A DNA stretch of 64,000 bases from assembly GCF_009914755.1 (NCBI RefSeq), contig NC_060925.1; one strand, written 5' to 3'. Position numbers and translations under genes: made by a program. Positions 1 through 14,568 of this stretch are shown piece by piece; the stretch's first letter is position 1, and each line of letters opens with the position of its first letter. The notes beneath the pieces were generated by a model. The model was given only the letters and a program-made list of their open reading frames with translations. It ran no database searches and was not told where the DNA came from. Source of the stretch: the human T2T-CHM13v2.0 reference genome, Homo sapiens.

Positions 1-45
1 CCAACCTGGGCAGCATAGTGAGATCCCATCTCTAATAAAAATTTA
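1..45 (+). mobile_element. Alu/FLAM left-monomer 3' end, cut by window edge
   Basis: ccaacctgggcagcatagtgagatcccatctct followed by A-rich tail. Confidence 0.8.
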
Positions 46-119
46 AAAGTAAAATGAAAAAGCATGAGAATGCCATGATAGTATTTCTCTTCAGGAATAC
101 AACTCTATTAGGTATGTGA

Positions 120-440
120 AAACACTGGTAACAAAGAGACTGGTGGGCTTTTGCAATGATCTGAGCTGATGTTTTGTGGTCATAAGTTAAGGAAGGATGT
201 CACTTTGGGTGTGGAAAGGAAGATCTAAAGAAGCAACAAGGATGACTCTGAAGTTCCTCAAATGGAAATTTATGACTATCAAAATTGCAAAACACTTGGA
301 GGACAGGTGAATAGTGACTTAAAACTAAAATGTATTTTAAGTTTTGGGTGCTTGTTAGACATCCTGATTGTGCTGTTCCTTATATCTGATAGGGCTAATG
401 TATACATGTTTAGGTGGCATCAGTATATATACAAAATGAG
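120..440 (-). mobile_element. L2 LINE fragment
   Basis: caaggatgactctgaagtt...gttagacatcc resembles the antisense strand of L2. Confidence 0.55.
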
Positions 441-544
441 AAAACCCAAGGGGTGGAAACCACTCAAGAACAGCATATAGAAGTAGAGAAAATAATTCAG
501 TCCAGATTTCTAAGAAACTCCAACATCTAAGGGCAATCAAAATA

Positions 545-1038
545 AATTATTGCTGTGCTTTAACACAACAACAATTTTGATTACTCACAATTCTGTGGGG
601 TAGTAATTTAGGCCAGACAGCTGTGTGATTTTTCAGGACTCAGTTGGACTTACACATGCTATTTTTACCCAGCTGTCAGTCAGCTTCTGGTATTTTTCTG
701 GCTGTCGGCTGGAGTGACAGTGGTGACTGGGCCATGTGTCTCAGATCATCCAGCAGGCTAGTCCAAGCTTGCTCAGATGGCAGCTCTGCAGGGATCCAAG
801 GAAGTGAGCAAAGCATGCAAGGACTCTTGAGATCTTGGTGTGGGGCTGGCACACTATCAGCACTGCTCCTCTCTATTGGTCAAAGCCAATCTCAAGGGCA
901 ACAAGATTCAGGTGGAAGGAAAATGGATTTTACTTCTTTTTTTATTGAGACGGACTTTACTTCTTGATGGGAGGAATGGCCAGCATATTGCAGGAGGATG
1001 CAGGAATAAAGAATTGTGACACTTTCACAATCTACCAC
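545..1038 (-). mobile_element. MLT1H-like MaLR solo LTR
   Basis: ctcacaattctgtggg...ccagcaggctagtccaagcttg...cttgatgggaggaatggc...caatctaccaca matches the reverse MLT1 layout. Confidence 0.75.
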
Positions 1039-3823
1039 AGACAAGGAGATGAGGAGGTGAAAACAGGCACTATTCCCTACCATTGTCAACAAAAAGGTGA
1101 TGAGATGATAATGTTGACCCTCCATGTGAAAGGAAGGGTATGGCAGGCTCTTATTCCCATAAACAGGAGAATAAAGTTCACCTTAAGGTTCTTTGCATCT
1201 CCAATGTCTTTTGATGCTCATGCCCAACATCACATCAGCACTCAGCCTGCTTTCAGTTACAAGTCACCACAAACATGATACATTCCCAAGTTTGGGGATG
1301 CCGGAACATGAATACTGATTTGAAGAGATGAATGAGAATACAGCATTTTATCTGATCTGGTAAGTTTTGTTTCTGTCAAATTCCATTTTCCAATTAGCCA
1401 CTGAAATAATCTTTCTAAACTGCATTTTCTACTGTGTTGGTTCAGGTCCTTAGAGAAGCAGTCACCAAAACAGAATTATAAGTGCAAGATAATTCTCAGA
1501 GAAACTCTCACCTAGGATTTTCTACATATAATTTTAATTAATGATCACAGGTGCATAAATGGTGGTTTATCAGCCTTCAGCAACATTTTAATCTGATCAG
1601 TGTAGACATGTAAGCTAGCTGAATTGCATCAAAATCATCTAGTACGTCTTGAATTTTTGAGAACACTTTCTGTGAACTGGCTAGTGATGCCGCATAGGAA
1701 TCCTACAGCAACAAGGATCCAAGTCTTTTTTTCACACCTCTAGTCAACATTCAAGTATAGGGTTGTATTTATGATGCCATTATTAAGCAGCATTTCTTAT
1801 AGGACAATTTAATGATACTTGTTGGGAAGCAAATTTAATGATACTTACTGAGAACAGAGAAATCTGTATCTTCAAGCAGACAAGATCTCTCACACGGGCC
1901 ACCACCGTGATCTAGCTAATAATAATAACAACAAAGGGTAAACAGTTATACGTGAATGTGATGTTCTTTGCTTCAATACATCAAATACAAGGAAGAGTTG
2001 GTCTCAGCATGCTGTAAGATGATTGTTAATATTTAATAGTGTTAATGTTTGTTAGTGACAGATGATTAGCTTTAAGTGTCTTATGAATAATAAATAAACT
2101 AGGTGGGTGTCTTGGTGTCTGTCATGAATGTGTATTCAAAGCCAACCAAGCTGCCCTTTATTTGGCTTTGGAGGCCTTGCATGCACAGGCGATAGCAGAA
2201 TGTGCCTTCAGGAATTGAGGCCTTTTCACATTTTAGCACTAAAAACAGTAGGGGAATTCTTGGCACTTTCTCAAGCCTCTGAGATTCTACTGAAGTCCTG
2301 AGATGAAGGAAAGTTCATCTCAGATGTTTTAGCAAATAGAAAACTGCTGGAAAATGTTTCTCTTGTTCCCTGGCCCTGTTGAATTCATAACACTTAAACA
2401 CCTGTGTCCATCAAATAGAACACACAGGATCACAGCTAGAGCTGTTCTTGACTTTGCAATTTCATTGACTGACAGTTTAATATCTATTTATTTTCACATC
2501 TGACACCAGTAAAGACAGGCTGGCATCATGAATGTCGAGGCATTATGCTGACAACTGTATTTTTTTTTCATCATTCGGGGGGTGGGGGTGGTAAAAGAAG
2601 GTTCAACATTCTCAAAAAAAGGTGTTCTTTTCAAGCAGTGCAGCTCCAATAAAGACCAAATTATAGTTTAGATATAATTGGCAGTAACTATTGATAGGTT
2701 ACCTGTACATATTTATATAGGAACGGGTACATTCAATTTGAGATTTACTAGTAAACTAACTGTTACTGTTATACTCCAGAATGAAATGTGTAATTATACT
2801 ATTTAAATAGCTGAAACAGCTGCCATTACTGTGGACTGTGTAAACAGTATTTTCCATGATAAAATTGAATGTTTAGAATATGGTCCCTTATTTTCAGCAG
2901 CTCTTGTTTAGTCTCTGAAATACAAACAAGAGGTCTAGCCTTATCCCAGTTCCATAATATCAGAATAACATTCTAGATAAGAAGCATTCACACAGCGAAA
3001 GTGAGGTGGATTTTAAAAACCTTTCTCAAGATCACAGTGTTGCTCAAAATTAACCACCAAGATAGAGAACATAACATTCACATTAGGCTTCCTGCAAAAT
3101 ACATTTAGTTTCCATATGCTGAAGCAGATCAGCAGAAAAGTCGTTTGTCTCTCATTTACACCCACTATCTTAACAGAAAATAATTCAATTTTACTGTACC
3201 TCTATGTATGGCTGGAGAAATATTATTATGAGGCTGAGATCACTGAACTTTTCAGTCTGCTATCCTGAGAATTTTCTCATGGCTAGAGGTAAGGTCTGAT
3301 AATTCACAGAACCAGTTTCACTGTGCAACCATTAAGGAGCTGCCTTATAATCAGGCAGCATTGAATGGACTGACTTTATTGCCTTTATAGTTGAGGAATG
3401 AAGTATACTATTACATCTTACAGTTCTCCTCCCCAATGTCATTTTGCCAAGTACTCTAAGAATAAAATATGCTCTCTAAACTGGAATTTTGTTCAGAGTG
3501 CATTCATTCACAGAAATTAGGCCTGAGATTGATTGTGGATTTCTACAAAATCACATTAATTTCAGTTCTTGGCAATTACAGTATAATTAGTGTTATTGAT
3601 GTAGCAGCCTCATAAATAAATATTTTGTAGCTATATGGGGGTTTTTTGTTTGTTTGTTGTTTTATTTGTTTGTTTAGGCTTCAATTGTGGCTGAAATTAG
3701 ACCTGGGTGTCTAAGCTCTTTCTGTAGAGGAATCATTCAGCGAGGGGGTAAAGGGAAGAGATGAATCAGGACCCTTCCTCCAATTTAATGGGTCCATCTC
3801 AATGGCACACTCCTTCGAGCTGA

Positions 3824-4248
<425 letters not shown>

Positions 4249-4369
4249 CCAAGATGCAATGTTCTTAAGCCTTTCCTCCAATGATTCTAGTCATTTCCTA
4301 TACGTGCTTTTGTTGTACGTCACCTCTTCTATTTTGCAAATCAAACTCTCTTAATTTGCCAGGTACACT

Positions 4370-4990
4370 ATATTTGGAATTAGAAGCTCTGAGCTTGAAT
4401 CCAGGCTCTATCACTCATGTACATGTCGTTGAGCAAATATTCATTTATTCTAAAATGAGGATGGGCCGCGTGCCGTCGCCTTGTAATCTCAGCACTTTGG
4501 GAGGCTGAGGATGGTGGATGGCTTGTGCCCAGGAGTTTGAGACCAGCCTGTGCAACATGGCAAAACCCCATCTCTACAAAAAATAAAAGAATAGCCAGGC
4601 ACAGTGGTGTGCACCTGTAGACCCAGCTACTCAGGAGGCTGAACTGGGAGGATCGCTTGAGCCTGGGAGGTCAAGGCCACAATGAGCTAAGATCACACCA
4701 CTGTACTTCAGCCTGAGTGACAGAGTGAGACCCTGTCTCAAAAATTAAGTTAAATTAAATTAAAATTAAATAAAATGAGGATAATGCTAGTTTTTCCATT
4801 AGCCAAAGCTTTATTGAACAACTACTGTGTTCCAGGCATGATTTTAGGAACTACAGACAGAGCAACGAAAATAGAATCTCTCAAGGCTCCTCCCTCCTGG
4901 GTCTTACATTTTGTAATTACCTACCCTTAAAGGATTTAATAGAAAATATGTGTGAAAACTTGTTATAAACTACAACATGTATCTATAATG
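4370..4990 (+). mobile_element. MIR interrupted by an AluJ and an antisense L2 3' fragment (~4795-4910)
   Basis: ttgaatccaggctctatcact...taaaatgaggat|Alu|aatgcta...acctaccctt...tgtgtgaaaacttg; L2 tail tttattgaacaactactgtgttccaggca. Confidence 0.55.
4464..4770 (+). mobile_element. AluJ
   Basis: Dimeric Alu with gaggatcgcttgagcctgggaggtcaagg; TSD taaaatgaggat. Confidence 0.93.
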
Positions 4991-5347
4991 TATTTTATAC
5001 CATTAATAAATCAGAAAACACTTGATTTTAGTTTTGTCTTACCTATTCCAGAAATAATCAACTTGCCATCTTTCAAAGCCTAGCTTTCTAAAGTTGGTGA
5101 AAAGAGGTAAAGAAAATAGAAAATATTTGCGAGAGAGAGAGATCATGTAGTAGTGTCTTCATTTATAAATTGATAGAAATTTAATCTATGAATACTCAAT
5201 TGTTGGATTTTTCTAGAAGGTATGTTTTTAATCTATGTATTTATAGTTTTCAACATTAGCTTTAAAGGAAACAACTCGAAACACTAAATTTCTGTAGTCA
5301 CTAAATGCAATTCAAGATATTTTTATATATTAAACTGAAAGGTATCG

Positions 5348-5591
5348 TTTTTTTTTGTTTTTTTTGTTTTTTTTTTTTTGAGGCAGAGTCTCTCTCTGTC
5401 CGCCAGGCTGGAGTGCAGTGGCGCCATCTTGGCTCACTGAAAGCTCCACCTCCCAGGTTCACGCCATTTTCCTGCCTCAGCCTCCCAGGTAGCTGGGACT
5501 ACAGGTGCCTGCCACCAAACCCAGCTAATTTTTTTGTATTTTTTTAGTAGAGACGGGGTTTCACCGTGTTAGCCAGGATGGTCTCGATCTC
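5348..5591 (-). mobile_element. AluY lacking its 5' ~60 nt
   Basis: ttcacgccatt and ccgtgttagccaggatggtctcgatct diagnostics; ends abruptly at 5591. Confidence 0.92.
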
Positions 5592-5600
5592 TACTACTTT

Positions 5601-5890
5601 TGCCCAAGTAGTGAACATAGTAACCAATAGGTATTTTTTCAAGCCTTTCTCCCCTCTCTCACTCCCCACTTTTGGGATCCCCAGTGTCTATTGTTTCCAT
5701 CTTTATGTACATGTTTACCCAATGTTTTGCTCCCACTTATAAGTGAGGACATGCAGTAGTATTTGGTTTTCTGTTTCTGCATTAGTTTGCTTAGGGCAAT
5801 GGCCTCCAGCTGCATTCATGTTAACTGCAAAGAATATTATTTCATTCTTTTCCATGGTTGTGTAGTGTTCCATGGTGTGTATGTACCACG

Positions 5891-5897
<7 letters not shown>
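5601..5897 (-). mobile_element. Older L1P (L1PA16/L1PB-like) ORF2-end/3'UTR fragment
   Basis: cccaagtagtgaacatag...ctcccacttataagtgag...ccatggtgtgtatgtaccac; ORF track shows L1 C-terminal remnant WYIHTMEHY. Confidence 0.85.
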
Positions 5898-6205
<308 letters not shown>

Positions 6206-8252
6206 GAAAGGTATTCTTGATATATTTTTCCAGTTGTCTGAGAATATATATAACTTTAAGGTAAAGGGTAGTTTTTGATTTTCAGACAAATTTAATGGTG
6301 CATTTTTATAAATAAATAGGAAGAAACGGACTTTTACAAACGTAATTCTCTCCTGACTTCATCTTACATATACCCCCAAAAAACCCAAGATGATGAACAA
6401 TTTTAATCTAATTTTGAATATGAGAAATTCTTGAATATGAGAAAACAACACATTCCATATATTTAAAAAATTAAGTAGATAAGTAACATTTTAAACCCTG
6501 TGGGGAAAATTCTTGCTTTTATTGAATGGCAGAGAACAGTCACGTATTTTATCAGTGACATGAAGTAATCAAAAACCAGCCCCACCACTGCTGTCTGCTC
6601 TCAGTGAATGGCAGCTGCTCCTGTTCCTTCCTGCAGGCAGTTTCCCAAACTTGCTCCCTCAGGTCACACTCTTGGGCCTCTAAGAGCCCTGAGCCCCGAT
6701 GTGGTGCTGCCCCCGGGGCCAGCCTGACTCACCAGAGGGTGCCCTTGGTTAGAATGGAGAGACAAATGAGACTGTCACATGATCATAACGTCATTGTTTG
6801 TATCCCCATAAAAAGAAGAACAGAGTTTTAAGGGCTAATAAAATGTTCCATTGTAATGTCATCCTTAATAGCAATGCTATTTTGCTGAAGAGAGATAAGC
6901 AAACGGAATAGAAAATGATGTAAAGCCAAAAAGCAGGTGCTGTATTTGGGCACTCGGAAATACTACTGGGAAATATTTACTAACTTTCAACAATTTCTTA
7001 AAAGGGCTACTACAAAGGGATGAAAGCTTGTAGAGTTTCTCACATAACTCTTTCTGCCACAATCAATGTCCAATATAAGCCATATAAGAGACAAAACTCA
7101 AACAGCAGCAAAAATTAATGAAAGGACCACCTCAGCATATGTTCTATGTGAAAAACCCACATTGCCCTTTTAATCAATAAGTCAGTAGAAATACACTCAA
7201 GGCATTCGTAAATTACCACCTCTGGTTTTAATTTGAAGGATGGAAAAGTAGCCACCAGGATTATCATTTTTTAAGTGACAACAATCACTAGGTCATATTT
7301 ATTTAAGAGTATTTTATTTGTCTATATAAATATGAGTTAGTACTGTAATAATAAAACAACAGTATTTTTTCATTTATGAAGCATGTAAATGTCCAATGTA
7401 CTTTTACTCATATGATATACTACATTCTGATGTAATATAACATAACATACTATGAAACTAGCAGTCTAATAATTAATACGTTAAACACAGCCATTTGGAA
7501 TGTGGAACGTTCTGAAATATCCCTATAAATTCAAAGTGGCTGATTTGCTAATCAAATGTCTCCAGTATGATCATTCCCAGAAAAAAGATAATGAAGACAC
7601 TAGTAACTCTGAAAACCTATAGGAGAGATTCATCGGCTTTTCTTCTGAGAGGCTCCAAATTATTACTATTTAGCTCTCAAAAGTAATTACCAAAACACTG
7701 TGCCTCTTAAGTATTTTTACTTGTGATATGTCTCTGATGTCTCTGAGGGTGGCTTCTGGTCTCAGGATTATGGAGTCCATTTGCGCTATTAATATGGTAG
7801 ACATAGCAACGAATATTCTTTAGAACAAACAGGGTATTTGTTCTGTAATCAGCTTACAGATGACAAGTTCAAATAAAGAGGTAATCTGCTGACAGCTGAG
7901 CATCACCTTGACCTCAGTAATTTTTGGTATTAATTAAATTACATATTTAGCATGACTATCTAAAATAGTTTCTTTCTTTTCAGGCAACTTAATTAATACC
8001 ATCACACTCCTTAGCTATACTGGCTGTTTGGGATCTAGCATTTCAATGCATTTCATTCATCTTCATAGTTACTTTAAAGGAATGTGAAAGGTAAGAAAGC
8101 ATTTGTGTGTAATTTTGAACTTCCAACATATAGACAAGAATCTAGACTGTGGTGTGGCATCTGCTGTTGGGTGTGAAAAGGGCCTGTTAACTACATAGAT
8201 GTTTCAAAGCCTCCCTCCTATAAAATATTTCACAAGGGAGAGCATTTATCTT

Positions 8253-8397
8253 GGCTGGGTGAGGCAGCTCATGCCTGTAATCCCAGCATTTTGGGAGGCC
8301 GAAGCTGGAGGATCACTTGAGTCCAGGAGTTCAGGACTAGCATGAGCAACATAGTGAGACTGTTTCTGAAAAAAAAAAAAAAAAAAAAAACAGAAAA
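8253..8397 (+). mobile_element. FLAM_C / Alu left monomer
   Basis: Single monomer ending gagactgtttctg followed by polyA. Confidence 0.85.
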
Positions 8398-8442
8398 CAA
8401 GGAACATTATATTTTGAACTGATTTAAAAAGCAGGCATTTGA

Positions 8443-8839
<397 letters not shown>

Positions 8840-9324
8840 TCATATACTACAATCCTTAATTGTTTTTAGGTGGGCACAATGTTGCCTTCGCAGGTTATGA
8901 TCTCTGGTAGGAGATGTGGGTTGTCTCTTTCTTGGACAGCCAAGTGCAGAATATATGTATGGTGGTATAAAACCAAAGGCAGTTTGCCCCTTACGAAATA
9001 AGCAAATATACTTATCAAAATTGACCATCAAAAACATTAAGTTTGCCTGAGCTAGTGTTTTCATATTTTCACCTCTAAATAATAAAGAATAAAGTTACTT
9101 TTCTGAAAAAGATAATGAGAGAACTTCAGTGATTTTACTTAAAAAAATGAATTTTTTCTCCAAATTTTCCGTTCAGGTATTAGTTGGCTGCTATAAAGGA
9201 TGTGTCAGAGACTAAGCATGTCTTTCTTTGCAAATGCCAAAGGGCTGAATTTTCAATTTGAGGGTTTCCTTCCGATCGTGTTCATGTGTTATGTAGATTC
9301 TCAAAGTTGAAGAAGAAGAAAACA

Positions 9325-9520
9325 AAATCATAGAATCACAGAAAATAAGAGAGGTGGAAAATGTTCTGCGTCTTTTTTCCAGTTAAAAAAACTGGTCTCA
9401 CATTGTTTGAATAACTCACCTGTAAGTCACCTAGAAAATTAGCAGCAGAGTCACTAAAACATTGAGACCCTGGGCATCCTGAGTGACCGATTTGTATGTT
9501 TTTCATATGTCACTCTCTTA
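9325..9520 (-). mobile_element. MIR3-like fragment
   Basis: aatcatagaatcacagaa tail and aagtcacctagaaaattagcagcagag core, both antisense. Confidence 0.5.
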
Positions 9521-9940
9521 TTAGAAAAGCTGCTTTAAAATAAAGCTTTATTTTTATGTCTATTAAATTAATACAAACATATCATTTAAAATGCAAGTAG
9601 AGGCAGGTAATCATTCCCCTTGCCTCAGTTGTCCTCACACCCAGCTCTGCTTTGCAGTCTCCATATATAACCATTTCTGAGTTTCATTTTGCTGATGTTT
9701 ACACACTTGCCTCATCCCTCTAAATAGAACACTCATCCTGCCATTTTTTCACTTACCTGCTTTAAACATTGTCTTTTACCTCAGGCTATGATCGATAAGA
9801 CTTTAATGTACTTATACCACTCCCCACTTTCCCTCTCCTCAATTCTGTAAAATGCTTAAAACATTATTCTGTTTCTCTGCTTGCAATTTCAAATAGTATT
9901 TTTAACCTCTATTTCTTAACCCATAGCAGTAGCTCTACAT

Positions 9941-10077
9941 TTTTTTATTTTTTTATTTGTATTTTTTTTGAGAAGGGGTCTCACTCTGTCGCCCAGGCTG
10001 GGGTGCAGTGGCACGATCTGAGCTCACTGCAAGCTCCGCCTCCTGGGTTCATGCCATTCTCCTGCCTCAGCCTCCCA
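9941..10077 (-). mobile_element. 5'-truncated AluY (right arm)
   Basis: gcaagctccgcctcctgggttcatgccattctcc; TSD tctacattttt on both sides. Confidence 0.9.
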
Positions 10078-10421
10078 ATGATTCTACATTTTTAAAACAA
10101 TGATATCAACCTTCCCACATTTTTCTACACCCCTCCTCCCAACTCCATTCCAAACATCTCTCACAATCTATCTTTACTTTCACAATGTCTAAGTAGATTT
10201 CATTTAGATTCTGTTTTTAACCCATAAGAAAATCTTTTGTTATTTGTCTGTGGATGGATCCTAATGAAAACCATTAATCACCATTTGTAACATTATAGCT
10301 ATGTAAATATAGTTTATTTCAGAATCAAGGAGTTTGCAGCAATTATGTGTTCTTCACTACAGATTTAATGACACAACACTCTGTGTGAATTTTTCTGGAA
10401 TCAAGTTGGAATGAATCCACC

Positions 10422-10750
10422 TTTTTTCTTTTTCTTTTTCTTTTTTTTTTTTTTTTTAGGCAGGGTTACCCTCTGTCACCCAGGCTGGAGGGCAGTGGAA
10501 CAATCATGGCTCACTGTAACCTTGAACTCCTGGGCTAAAGGGATCCTTTTGTCATAGCCTCCCAAGTAGCTGGGACTACAGATGTTACACTCAACTGATT
10601 ATTTATTTATTTATTTATTTTTAATTTTTTTGTAGAAACAGTGTCTCACTATGTTACCCAGACTGGTCTCAAACTCCTGAGCTCAAGTGATCCTCCTGCC
10701 TTGGCCTCCTAAAGTGCTGGCATTACCGGTGTGAGCCACCATGCCCAGCC
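10422..10750 (-). mobile_element. AluJ
   Basis: Dimeric Alu with ctcctgagctcaagtgatcctcc; (ttta)n in the middle linker. Confidence 0.92.
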
Positions 10751-10794
10751 CTGAATTCTCCTTTTCTTACACTTTTGAAATGTCTTTACTTAAT

Positions 10795-11510
10795 CTTTTA
10801 TTTACTAATTCGATGAATACTTAGTGAGCCTCTGTTATAGGTGCTAGGGTCTCAACAATTAATAAAACAAAAATCCCTGCTTTCATGGTGTTTATATTGT
10901 AGCTGGGGTACGGGAGACAAAAAAAAGTATACCATAAGTATATCAGTACTAAGTGGTGATAAGTGTTGTGAAGAAAAAGAAAACAAGGATAAGAGAATAA
11001 GAACTACTATTAAAGAGGGAGGTCAGGTAAGGCTTTCATGATAAAGTAATATTTGAAGCTAGATCTGTTGGAAGTGAAGGAAAATGTCATGTGGGTATTG
11101 ATGGGAAGAGCAAAGGAAACAGCAAGTCCAGTGACCCTGAGATAACAATGTGATTTGTGTGCTCAAGAAACAGCAAGAAAGCCAGTTTGGCTGGAGAAGA
11201 ATGAAGAGGGTAATAGTTGTAGGAACTGATGTCAGACATGTATCAAGAGGCTAGATCAAGTATCATCTGTGGACTTTGGGTTTCACTCTAAGTGAGATAA
11301 GAAACCATGGGAAAATTTTGAACAAATGAGTAACATAATCTGATTTATGTTCGGACAATATTGCAAAGGTTCAGGTGGGAGACTATAATGACTTTGATCA
11401 AGATAGATGCTGGATTTTTTTATGGTAGGGCCTATAAGATTTTCTGATGTATTAGAAGTGGCATGGAGGAAAAAGCAGAGAAGTTGAGGATAATTACAAA
11501 ATATATGTGA
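10795..11510 (-). mobile_element. L2a 3' end
   Basis: tttactaattcgatgaatacttagtgagc...aaatccctgctttcatgg...agtgagataagaaaccatgggaaaattttgaac. Confidence 0.75.
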
Positions 11511-12462
11511 TTTTGGTAGAATACATAGACATGGGAAAGACTAGATAAAAAGCAGTGTTTGCTTTTAGTTGGTTTTTGTTTTGTGCTTGTGTTTCTGGGG
11601 CGATCTGCAGAGATCTGTGCTAGTTGATTTCTGCACCTTGTGTATGTTGTCATCTGAAACTTTTCTTCATTGTTTTACTAGATTGAGTTTGTTGTTTCTT
11701 ACTTTCCATGGATTCTATTTTTTTTTCTTTTTTCTTTTTTTGGTTGTATTTTTGTAATTTTTGCTCCATCTATCAAGTACATTCCTAAGAATATAAGGGC
11801 TCAAATTTTCTATGTTCTTGCATGTTGAAAAATACCTTTATTTTTCTTACACACTTAAGTAATAGCTTGATCAGCTATGTGTAATTCTGGCTTAGGGAGA
11901 AGTAAACACAGTGACTCTTGTTTAATCCATTGTTATCTATTTGCTTTTGAGAAGCCTATTACCAATTTGATATTGAGAGGTGAACCCGGCTGGGCTTCTG
12001 GGTCGGCTGGGGACTTGGAGAACTTAGTTCTGTCTATATAAAGGATTGTAAATGCACCAATCAGCACTCTGTGTCTAGCTAAAGGTTTGTAAATGCACCA
12101 ATCAGCACTCTGTAAAAACGGACCAATCAGCACTCTGTAAAATGGACCAATCAGCACTCTGTAAAATGGACCAATCAGCAGGACGTGGGCAAGGCCAAAT
12201 AAGGGAATAAAAGCTGGCCCCCAAGCTAGCAGTGGCAACCAGCTGGGGTCCCCTTCCATGCTGTGGAAGCTTTGTTCTTTTGCTCTTTGCAATGAATCTT
12301 GCTGCTGCTCACTTTGGGTCTGCACTACCTTTATGAGCTGTAACGCTCACTGCGAAGGTCTGCGGCTTCACTCCTGAAGTCAGCAAGACCACAAACCCAC
12401 CAGAAGGAAGAAACTCCAGACACATCTGAACATCTGAAGGAACGAACTCCAGACACACAATC

Positions 12463-14568
<2,106 letters not shown>

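Noticed and set aside
6413-6444. Micro tandem duplications (ttgaatatgagaaa x2; also ~43848-43895 and 60290-60311)
   Set aside because: These are common slippage or end-joining duplications with no further structure.
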